Source of the DNA: a virus
Taxonomy: Duplodnaviria > Caudoviricetes
Length of the DNA: 64,000 nucleotides
IMG/VR virus record: IMGVR_UViG_3300032030_000041
Span: 31,087-95,086 of that record
Direction: 5' to 3' (one strand)
Shown here: positions 1-12,200 of the stretch, one piece after another
Numbering within the stretch: position 1 is the stretch's first letter
How the letters are laid out: every line of letters starts with the position of its first letter
Notes under the pieces: model-generated
Told to the model about the DNA's origin: nothing
Seen by the model: only the letters and a program-made list of their open reading frames with translations
Database searches by the model: none
Made by a program: the position numbers and the translations under genes

Positions 1-186
1 TATACAAATATTTTGTATATGCCTAAAGTTAGGATCGTAAGCGATATTAACTTGCGATTGGGAGAAAGGGCTGATCCAACGGTGTCCGCGTTTGATATAA
101 TAGGGTTGCCGGAGACTGTCGGTGACGAATAGAATTTAATAGTTGAGATTTAGCATCTGGGAGAGGATTTGGATGCTGATATATGA
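1..186 (+). CDS. 3' end of probable tail-tube-like structural protein (partial; 2 in-frame TAG read as Gln)
   Basis: Frame 1 reads YTNILYMPKVRIVSDINLRLGERADPTVSAFDIIGLPETVGDE(Q)NLIVEI(Q)HLGEDLDADI-TGA. The PKxxIxS...GxxxDPxVxxF pattern resembles tail tube C-termini, and the gene lies just upstream of the tape measure gene. Confidence 0.5.
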
Positions 187-187
187 T

Positions 188-222
188 AGCCACTTTCTTG
201 CGAGAAAGTGGCTCTTTTTTTA
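188..222 (+). terminator. Intrinsic terminator
   Basis: AGCCACTTTCT-tgcg-AGAAAGTGGCT perfect 11-bp hairpin followed by a T-run. Confidence 0.8.
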
Positions 223-250
223 TTTTATGAGTAAAAGGAGATGAAAGGGA

Positions 251-3200
251 ATGGCTGATGCAATTTAGGTTCCAGTACGATTATAGATAGCGAATTTATA
301 GGACTTAGTGAAGAATCTATAGAGTACTTTGGGAAATTTAAAAATAGGCACAAAAGGTTATTAGGATGTTGAAAATGCAATTAAGAGAATTCAAAGTGAT
401 ATTGATAAACTACAGTTGCAGAGTTCTAAACCATTTGTTTCTGAAAAGCAATTTTCTACAGCGGATAAAACAGTATCTAAGTTAGAAGAAGATGTGAGTC
501 GTGTAACTTAGATGATGTCTCGTGTTAAATTTGGAGACTTAGAACTTAACAATACCCAAAAGGCGCAATTAAAAGATTTTGAAACACAAATTGAAAATGT
601 TAAGAAAGCAATTGAATCATTAAAGGGCGTCGCAAAAGCTGATTTTCTTGCTGGCGATATAGGTAAATTATATTCTGATCTTGACCCTGCGGCCGCAACT
701 CGATCTTTTGAAGATATTGGAAAACGTATTGATCAAGAAGTAGATAAATAGATACGAAGTGTTAAAGCGGCAGAAGATGCGCTAAAAGATTATTAGAATG
801 CATAGCGTGTGAATAACAACATTGATTAGTTTCTATCTGGTAAAAATGGATTAGATGCTAAGACAATGGGTAAGCAGTTATATGATAAAATCTTCTAGCA
901 AGTTTCTATGAAAAACGGAAATATGGTTACTCGTTTTACTGGAAAAGGGCGCAGTTTACTAGAAGATTATTTAACGCAATAGTATAGTTTAGATCCGGCT
1001 TTTGCCCATGATTTGGTAAGCGATAAGGCCAGCGAAGTATTAAAGTTAATATCAACTTCAAACGAAGCTTTAACAGCAAAATTATAGGCCATTAAGCAGC
1101 GTAATGCGGCGACTATTAATAAAAATTCTACAGCTAAGATTGCCGTAGATGAGGCATAGAAAAAACTCGATGATGCGTTAGCTATGAAGTAGACGCATAC
1201 TGATGCGGGAAAAACATTAGATGAATCTACTAGTAAGATGAATTCTGGACTAACTACACTAATTGAAAATTTTCATAAATGGCAGCAAGCTCAGGCTGCC
1301 GCAGCAGGAGCCTCTCCTGCTTTAACATCTAGTGTATAGCGTTTTAATTAGGAAATTCAAAATTTACGCACTAATTTAGCTTCATCTTCTTCTGAGTTCT
1401 TGAGATTACAACGTACTGCATCTAATTTTAATGCTATTAAAATGTCTATTGTTAATTTTATGGGCTTTAGACAAGTATTAAACGTAGTAAAACGAGGTAT
1501 TTCCGAAGCTGTTAATCATATTAAAGAACTAGATACTGTAATGAATGGTATTTCTATTGTTACAGATATGTCTACGAGTGATCTATGGGGTCAAGTTGAA
1601 GCCTATAGTGATATGGCGTAGAAATATGGTACTACTATAAAAGGTGCATATGAAGTTTCATAGATTTACTATCAACAGGGTTTGTCTACAAATGAAGTTT
1701 TAACATTAACAGACTAGACATTAAAATTAGCAAAAATTTCTGGACTAGATTATGCTACAACTACTGACTATATGACTACTGCTCTTCGTGGCTTTAAGAT
1801 GGAAGCAGAAGATGCGGGTAGGGTTGTAGATGTTTATAGTAACCTAGCCGCCCATACTGCAGTATCATAGGAAGAACTTGCAATTGCAATGAGTAAAACA
1901 GCTTCTTCTATGGAATCTGTCGGGGCAACATTTGAAGAAACCTCTGCAATGATTGGTACAATGGTTGCCGTTACTCGTGAATCTCCTACTAATATTGGTA
2001 GTGCTATGAAGAGTATCGCCTCTCGTTATGGTGAATTAACAAAAGATCCTACGATTTTAAAAGATAGTGAAGGCGAAGAACTAGTATTCAACAAAGTTGA
2101 TGCGGCATTACAGTCTGTAGGTATTTCAATGCATACTGTAGATGGACAATTCCGTTCATTTACTGAAGTTATTACTGAATTAGGAGAGAAGTGGGACGAA
2201 TTAGATAGCACACAATAGCGTTATATTGCTACTCAATTTGCTGGTAACCGTCAGCAATCTCGTTTCTTGGCTTTAATTAGTAATATTGATACATTTAAAG
2301 CAAATTTGGAATATGCTGAAGATAGTGAAAATACAGGTACTTTACAAGCTTTGAAATCACTTGATTCTATTGAAGCCAAAGCGGAGCAAGTACGTGTTGC
2401 TTATCAACAAATGTATACCTCCCTCGGTGCAGAAGAACTATGGAAAGATGTTCTTGACATCGTGCGCGGTTTTGTAAATACTCTTAATGGCTTATCTAAA
2501 CCAGGTGCTCTAGTAACATTGATTGATACTATTAAGACATTAAAAAATATAGGCATAGGTACAGTTAGTAAAGTTTCTGATTCATATTTTAATGGCAATG
2601 GTGTTCTCGGATGGCTAACTGGTGGTAAATATAGACAACAAATTTTAGAATAGGATAAGGCTAGAAAAGCATAGCATGAACCTTTAATGTCACATTTGTT
2701 TGGTGCCACTACACAAGCTAATACGGCAGTAGATAGCAAGCGCGCGGCAGAAGAAGGTGCCGCCGCAGCAGCAGAGCGAGAAGCAGCTGCTAATGAAAGA
2801 ACCGCCGCTGCAGCACAACAGGCGGCGGCTGCGAAATAGGAGAATAAGAGTGCGAATTCAGAAACGGCGACAAGTCAACCTCAATAGCCAACTACCGCAG
2901 TAGATTTAGCAACATAGTTTGCAGGAAACGGCGTTACCCAATAGTTAAAACGAAATTTTAATCTTAGCGGTGATATTGAAGCGATAAAAGGAGAGTTATC
3001 CAGTTCTCTTAATGCAGTTATATCTTAGACAGAAGGAGCAAGCGCAGCTTTAGCTAATGCTGGTAAATTAGGAGTTGAGCAATATTTAAATGGTATTATA
3101 TCTGGCATTCCGGAATTATCAGATAAGGCGGCTGAATTATCTGCAGCACTTGTCGAAGGTTTAAATATCAGTTGGCCATAGTCGGAGAGTCCTGTAAATA

Positions 3201-6200
3201 GTTTAAATATAGATAATTTAAAATCTCAAATTACAGAGTTTTCTCAAGCAGCTAATTTAGAGCCAATATGGATTGAAGCCCGTTTAAAATTTGTTGATGA
3301 AATACAGGCTTTGGATCCAACTATATTATCATAGATTTAGGAAGCAATTAATGCAATTGACTTTAGTTCTCCAGATTGGCAAACAGATTTTACCGCGGCT
3401 ATAGAGAAAATTAAAGAAAATGCAGCTAGTCTTGGTATTGATTTAACGCCAGCCTTCGAAAAAGCGGGTGAAAATGGTATTGCTGGACTTGTAGCTGGCT
3501 TATCTTCTGGGAATCCTGCCGCAGTTGCAGGTGAAAAAGGTACATAGGTCATTGAAGCATTAAAAGCTGGTATGGGCTGTCATTCTCCTTCTGTATTTGC
3601 AATGATTGCTGGTTAGAATGTTATTGCAGGTTTATCTGAAGGGATACAATCTTCTGCACAAGAAGCAGTAGATGCAGCAAATAAAGCAGGTACTTCTGTT
3701 ATCGATGCTTTAAAAGAAGCTATGAAGTTCGATGATAATAGTTTTGCGGCTTTCAAAGATAGCATACTTGCATAGATTGATTAGCTTGGTCCAGACGTTA
3801 GTGAAGGAATGAAAGCAAGTATGCGTCAAGTAACAAATAACTTGACATTTGAAGATTTTCTTGCAGGAAAAGCTCCTCCTGAATTTTATTAGTTTGCAGG
3901 TATGTATGGAAATGCTGTAATGCAATCTGGAGTAGCTTATGCTAAGCAGAATATTGATACAGCAGCATAGGAAAAAAGTGATGCTTTAGGCTCATAGTTA
4001 TTATTAAATGAAAATGGTTTAACTGCGGAGCAGCAAGCAGAGTATGATGCGAGAAAAAAAGCAATTACGGCTAAATATGATACAGAATTTAATGATTTAA
4101 AGAAACAAAGAAATTAGATTGAAGAAGAACAAGAAATTTTATCTTAGAAGAAGGCGAATTCTTCTTTATCTGAAGCCGAGCAAGCTAGATACGATGACTT
4201 AGAACGGCAGAAAGCAGAATTGACTTCTCGTATGGCTCAAATTAACGGGTCTCCACTAACCGCGAATAATTTTGGTGGCTTTAAAGGTCTTGAGTAGTAG
4301 GCAAAAGAAGCTTTAGATGCGGAATATAGGGCAGTCGCAGAAAATAATCAAAAATATAATCAAGGTTTAAATCGTGATAAAAATAGTATTACGGCTGATG
4401 CAGAGCGTGAAAAACAAAAAATAGAATCCGAAGGATAGCTAGCTGCAAATAAAAATGCTAGAGATTTAGAATATCAAGCAAGTCGAGATATATATGGAAA
4501 AGATGCTCGTGCTGTTTTTACTGAATTTGATAATCTAGTATAGAATCTTTCACATTAGCATAGAGAACAGGAAAAGGTTCAAGAAAGTGCAGCAGCATTT
4601 CGTGAAACTTATGGTACATCAACTCAAAATGCATCGGCTACAGCAACACCAGTGGATACGGCTGCAGTAGAAGCCGAAACTGCTGCAATTAATGAAAAAA
4701 CTGCGGCATTGGAACGAGAAAAATAGGCTCAGGAAGCAGTACCATAGACGCCAATAGATGTTACTGTAGATCCAGAAGAGGCTCAAGAATAGGGCGCTAT
4801 CGCTGGAGATGCTGCAGCTAGTGCATATGGAGAAGAGGTGAGCAATAAAAATGTGTCACCTTCTCCAATAAATAAGGGTGAAGCTGCAGAGGACGGTAAT
4901 GATGCAGGAACGACTGCAGGTGATAGCTACATTGCCGCAGTGCGTAATAACAATGCATCGCCATCTCCAATAAATAAAGACGAAGCAGTAAATGACGCTA
5001 ACGACACCGCAGCAGTTGCAGCTGATGCATATGGAGAAAAGGTGAGCAATAAAGATGTGCCGCCTCCTCAACTAAATAAGAGTCAAGCTGAGGAGGATGC
5101 CAAGGCTACAGCAGAACAGGCTCAAGCAGCAGCTGCTGCGGAAAAAGCTCAAGAAACCGCAGAACAAGATCAAGACGTTGTTGCAGAATTAGCAGAACAA
5201 GCTCAAGAAATTGCAGAACAAGCTCAAGAAGATGCAGAATCAGATACAGATAAAGGTGCAGAACAAGAGAAAAGCACTCCTGCAGAATAGTCATCCTCAT
5301 AGGATAGTTTGCCAGGAGCCTTATCTGCCGTTGCAGACACCGCAAAAGGCGCTGCTGCTGCGCTCTAGGATCTAGCTACTGCAGGTAAAGGAGCAGCAGA
5401 CGCAAATAAAGCAGGAGCAGAAGCGGAATAGGAAGAAAAAGATGCTGCAACTAGAAATGCTGAAGCTAAAGACAGAGAAGCAGAGGCGTCTAATGGTACA
5501 GAAGATGCTAAAACAAGAGAAGCAAGTGCTTCTGACCGTGCAGCAGATGCAGATAATCGCGAGGCAGGAGCGAGTGAACAAGCTGCAGCCACGAAAGGTG
5601 GTTTTGGTAGCGGGAATATAGGAGGTTTTTCTAGTACAAAATTAAGTCAATTAGGTAGCGGTCTTAGTATGCTAGCTGGGACTCTTCCAACATTACTATC
5701 CAAACATGGTGTAATGGATTAGAGATCTTCTGAAAGGCTTGGTGGAGGTCTGAATTTTGTTAGCGGTGCTGCTAAAGGAGTTGCTGGCTTTTTTTCTGGT
5801 AATCCTATGATGATTATTAGTGGCTTTATGAGCGTTCTTAATGGAATTGATCAATGGAACGAAGATGAAAAAGAAAAATTAGAACGTTTAACTAAAGAAT
5901 CTGAAGAGGCTAAGAATGAATCTTTAAAAGCTACTGGTGAATACAAAGAATTACAAAGCGCAGAAAAGAAACTAACTGATTTACGTGCTAAGAGGTATGA
6001 CAGCGAAGAAGATGCTGAAGCATATTAGAATGCCGTTAATGATTTAACTTCTAAATTTCCTCAGTTAGTTGCTAATTTTGATGAGGCTGGTAACGCTATA
6101 TTAGAAGAAACTGCACTTACCTAGGCTTTGACCACAGCACGTAAAGAAAGTGCATAGGCGGCCTATGATGCAGCGAAAGCTGAAGTAGCCAGAGCGAAAT

Positions 6201-9200
6201 AGGCAAAAGAGAATGCCTTGAGTGAAGCAAGAAATAAAATTACTTCTAGTTTAGACTATTTAGCTACTGGCCCAGATACATATGTTTCGCCTAAAAACAA
6301 TTCTGCGAGATATGCTAACTTACTTAATAATTCTTCATTAATGCAACGAGTTTTATGGGATAATTCGGGCGTATCAAACGATGCAAATTCAATAACTGAC
6401 TTTATAAATTCTTTTGAAAATGAAAATCTTGCATAGTAGGCATTTTTAACTGCGTTATATAATCAAACTAAAGATGGTGATTTATAGACATTTTTTAGAG
6501 AACATTAGTAGTTTGAAGGACTCTATCTTTCGACTGATGTCTTGGATGAATTATTGAATACTCCCGAAGAAGAAATTGGTCTTAAAGATAGCAATTTCTA
6601 GGAAGCCGTAGGATTTTTCCGTGCATTTCGTAATTTGGGTACATAGCGCAATGAAGCTACGGCAGAAGAACAAACAAAAGCTGCGAATGATATTAATCAA
6701 GCAATTACTCAACTTCATAATGATGCACGAGATGGAACGGGCGATTTAAATGCAGATTTAGAAAGTTTAAATAGTTTATTAACACAATATAGTGACGCTA
6801 AATACGGATTAACTGAAGATATTGCAAATGTACGTGATGCACTGAGTGGAGGTATTAGTAATCTTGATACTTTTAATAAAGAAGCAGCGCAATTACAAGT
6901 TGGTATAAAAAAATAGATTACTGAGAAATTACGGACTAATTTTGATCAATCGGCAGTAATTAACAGTAGTACTGGTATATTTGAATTAATTTCATCTAAA
7001 TTAAATTCTGATTATGAAGCTGCTTTAGAGTAGACGCCTGATTTAGAATTTGATGCTTGGTGGCTTAATACCGGAATGAACTTAGCTCAATCTTTAATGT
7101 CTTTAGGAGATAGTATTCTTAATCAAATGACCGATGCTTAGCAGAGTGAATTTAAGTCTATGATTAAGAATAATCGTTACTACAGTGCCGATACAGTTAA
7201 AAAATATTTAACAGAGCGAGGCTATTTAACCAACGAGGGGTGGGAAACCGAAGAAGGTAAGGCATTTAGCGACTCTATTGATTAGACTTTTGCTGCCCAA
7301 GAATAGGTACGAAAGGATTTAATTGAAAAATATGCGACACAAGGTACCAATTTATCTGGTATTCAAAAATTCCAAAATCGTATGTTGTCTTAGTTAGATA
7401 AAGATACAGCCACAGAAGCTACTCGCGCAATGTACAATGACATCATTAGTAAGTATGAAGATATATATAAGTATGGTGATGATTTATCTGCATCTTATGG
7501 TTAGAAGGCATTAATATTTACTTCTGCCGTAATGAGACTTCAAGATGAAGAGCGCATGTCTGTTTAGCAAGTTTTAGAGCAAACAGGTTATACTGCTGAA
7601 GGATTACGTGAAGCTGCTGATAAACTTCGTGAAAATAAAGATGATAATCTTACAGACAAATAGGCTAGTGATATTGCGAGTAAATTAGAAGCTATGGCAG
7701 ATACCATGCTTACTAATATTGGACTTACATTAGATGCTCAAATTGATGCTTTTGTTAACAATTGGTCAGATGCTTCTAAAAACATTTCTACTGGATTATC
7801 GGGCATGGATGCTACTTCTGCATAGAAATGGTTAACTGAGAATGCGAAGTATTTGGAAAAAGGTGGCTTAAAAGATCTAGATTTATCAGATTTAACTTAT
7901 GCAGATGGAAAATTTTATACCAGTATAGAGTAGTTACGAGCATATGAACAAGGATTTGCTGAAAATTATCGTGCACAGGTTAAAGCAGCTACTACAGAGT
8001 TAGATAATATAGTATCGAAAAATGGCTTAAAATCTACCGATCTTGCAAGTATTTCTGCAGAGGCCACAAGTTTAAACAAAGATTAGTAGACAGATATTAA
8101 TCAATTAGCAGCCTGGGCTTCAGAGATTGGTTTAACTGATTTATTTACATTTGAAGTAGATGAAGAAGGAAAATATACTGGTAATGCTAAACTGGCTAAG
8201 GGCACTGCAGAGGAAGCATACAAAGCCATATTAGCTAAAGCGCAAGAATTAAAAGAATCTGGAACACATGTAGACGACTATATTTAGAATTTTTATTAGG
8301 AGCAAATAGATACTTTACAAGATGCTATTGATGTAGGAGAATATCTTAGTTCTGAAACGCGTGGAAAGGATACTGAATCTCGTAAAACATTAGAAGATTA
8401 GATTAGCCGCTATTTAACTGCATTAGATGTAGCTGGAAAGTTACAATTACCAGAAAGTTATTTAAAAAAAGCTGGATCTGAGGCGAGAGAACCATTAATT
8501 AGAGAATATACTAAGGCGCTAATTAAAGATTTGGAAGCAGGCGGATTGCAAGCAGTACAAGCTTTAAAGACCCTTAATCCCGATGCAACTTCTGAAGAAT
8601 TAGAACAAGCCTATTCTTATCTTTTTACTGAATGGCAACAAGCATTTGAATAGCTTAGTTCTATTGAAGTTGGCTCACTAGCCACTGGTAAAGTTAAAGA
8701 TATTCTTTTCGGTCTTCATATGGTTGATGAAGATGGTGTCGTTAATGCTACTTTTGATATGGTAGAAGCTTATACGGCTATCTATACTGAAATGAAGTCT
8801 ACTGCTGGCGCAACTACTGCCGATCTGAACAAAACCTATGCTGAACTTCTTACTGCTAAAGACCAACGTAATATGGATGTCACAGAGATGCTCGAAAATG
8901 CGTCCGGAATGACATACGATGCATTAGGACAAATCCTAAGTCGTTATAATATTAGACTTGAGGACGCGTTAGATGATGCTGCTGGTTATGGTTTAGAGAG
9001 TACAGGCTTTGGAAAAGTTCGTTTAACCAATTGGGAAGCTTTTGCCAAGAAGGTATTTAAGACTGAAGATTTAGCGGCGATTGCAAATACGCCAGAGTAT
9101 ATTAGCGCTTTTAAGGCTTATAATGATGGGCTTATTGAGTTAAATAAAAATACTGAAAAGGTTATAGTAGATGAAGTTAAGTAGATTGAAAGTGCAAAAG

Positions 9201-12200
9201 AGGGAGATTGGCTTAATTTAACCGAGTTTGGGACTTAGTATGTTACGGCATTAACAAAAAGTATTAATTTAGGAGATTATCTTGATTTAACTAATAATGA
9301 TTTAGGGATCGCATAGAAATTATAGATAGAAGCCGAAAAATATAATGAACAAATTATTCCTAAATTAAATAAAGAGCTTAATAAATGGGGCGCAAAGTTT
9401 GAGGATGGTATTCTTAAAATTGGTGATAACGCTAACTTATTAGGCATTGCTTAGACGTTAGAATAGGCAGCACAATAGGCAGGCTTAGATATCGGCAGTG
9501 GACTCGAAGAAGTTAAAGATGCTGTTCTTAATATTTTAAAATCCTATGCTGAAGCTATTACAAAAGGAATTTCTGGTGGTTTAACTAATACAGAAATGAG
9601 TGATTTAAAAACCAAAGCCAGAGATTTTGGAATTACAGACCTTCAATTTGTAGAAACTGCAGAAGGATTTAAATTAGTAAAAACTTCAGCTATAGAATTA
9701 TATTCTGCTTTAAAATCAATTGATGCCTTACATGCTGAACAAGCTTTTGATGCATTAAATGAATCATTACAAAAATCAGACGAACACTTTAAAACTACTG
9801 GAGCTTTAATGGCACATATTGCTAGTCTTCGTAAAGAGTTATATGCGGCAGATAATCAGGTTTCCAGTGCTAGAAAAGAGTAGTATGAAGCAGAATTAGC
9901 AGTTGCAGAAGAAATTCTTGCTGTTCGTTCAACTACTGAAGATGATTCTTTTAAGTTTATGGATTAGGCTATTCCTTCTGGTTAGAACAATCCATTAAAT
10001 TATTGGGAAGGCTGGCAAAAGGCTTTTAATGCTATAAATGAAAGCAAAAAAACAAAGCGTATGGATTATACCGATTTCTATAATTTGATGACAGAAATGG
10101 GTAATCTTTCTGCAATGCTTGGTGGAAAAGGTATTTAGATAGGTAAAGATTTAGAAGTTAATTCACAGAATTATGCTGATTTAATTACTAATGCTGCACG
10201 TAATTTAACTACTACCGCAGATAATACCAATTTACAAGTTAATTTACCTGCAATCGATGTTGATTTTAGTTCTGCTGAAAATATGGTAAGTGATGTTTAG
10301 AGCGGTATCCAAGCTGTTGCAGATGACCAAATTAATATGCTTGATGGATTAATTGCATTATTAGAAACTATTGTTGCCATGGAGAAATTAAATGATATTG
10401 TCGGCGGCGGTAGTGAGGATAATGCAATTGATTTAGGAGATATTTTCCCTGAAATTCGTTTTGACGCTTAGGGCAATGCTATTAATCCAGAGGCGTTAAC
10501 ATATGTGGAAGACTATTCTGATTTTATTAAGTATATTCGTCAATAGGCCGTTCATAATGATGATTTAGCGAAAGCATTACAATCAATGAAATTAGATGGT
10601 ATTTCTTTAGCAGAAATTTTTGAGATGGATGCCACTACGCTAGGTAAAAAGGGATAGAAATTTGTTACTGCGTATACTGCATTACTTGAAAGTCTACGAC
10701 AAGCCTCTATATCTGGAGATTATGATGTAGATAATATTATGGCTAGCGTGAAAAACGTTTTGGCTGAATCAGGTTTAACTGATTTAACAATTGATACTGG
10801 TAAAGCTACATTGATATTCTCTGGCGGCACTATTACACAAGTTAATTGGGAAGAACCCAATACTGCAGAAGTAGTAGAATAGGTAACGGCTCGTTTACAG
10901 GTAGATACAGAAAAAGCAAGATAGGCTGTTATAGATGCCGAGCAAGCGTATGCAAAAGGTAAGGGTACTGGCGAATTAACTCTTCAAGAAGTTTTAATTG
11001 TTGAAGGTAAAATTAAAATAGATCCAGAAACAAAAGAATAGTCTATATAGGTTGGTAATAGTACTTATAAATCAAGTGATAGTAAGTGGCAAGGCGCGCT
11101 TGAAGCACAAAGTCTCCTTAAAATGGGGATAGATAGTAAAAATATATAGATAGAAGATGACCGAGCACTATCTACTGAGTATCATATAGGTAATAAATTC
11201 AATATTACTGTAGAAGCTAAAGACGGTATTACAACTATTACAGGCACTGGAGCATATGGTGAAACAATTACTGGTAATAATCAAGATGAATGGTTAAAGA
11301 ACTATATATCAAGTTTCCGTGAATATTCCTTAAAATATGGAGAAACAGAAGCAGCTAAATGGACTGATAGTTAGATCTTATGGCGCACTTTAAAGATTCG
11401 AGTCAATACAGAAACTAAAGTTATAGATGAAAAAGGAAATGCCATAGATCTTTCTAATGATGCTGCTCGTCGTAAAGAGCTAACTGATATTCGAAATTAG
11501 TTACAAGCAGGGATGTCCGCAAAAGATTTGGGATTTACCGACTCTGGTGACGGCAACTGGGTTAAGACCTTAGAAACTGGCGGAACATTAGTTGTTGATG
11601 GAAGTAAGATTAAAGTAGACGTAGAAGGGAATCCAGATACCGCATAGTTTACTTCAGAAATAGAGTCTAGTCTAGGGATTGATCAGGCATTAAAAGATAC
11701 TATTTCTGCTGGAATTACTGCGTCAATTCCTTCTCTAACTCAAGCCTTAAATACAATTGATGCTCAGCCAGTTCAAGACGTTGCAGCGGCAATTTCTGCA
11801 ATTGCCACTGATGCGTAGACTGCTGTAACTAATATCTAGAACTTAGCTACTAATTTAGCTCAATTACAAACTCTTTCTCCAGAAAATAGTACTGGACAAG
11901 CAGCACAAGACTTAATACCTTCTTCACTTGAAATCCCGCTTAAATTAAAATAGGACGATGTAACAGCAGTACAAACATAGCTTAAGTCCTTTGAAGGTGA
12001 AGCTAAAATTGATGCTGACACGAGTGATTTTGATGATAAAGCAGAAGAAGTTAAGGGCACCTTAGATACAATTGGACTCGGCGCTGAGGCAAAAATTACT
12101 GTAGTCGATCAGGCTTCTGTTATTTTATCTCACATAGTTTCACTATTAAGATCAATTAATAGCAAAAACATTACTGTAACTACTACTTATGAAACAATAG

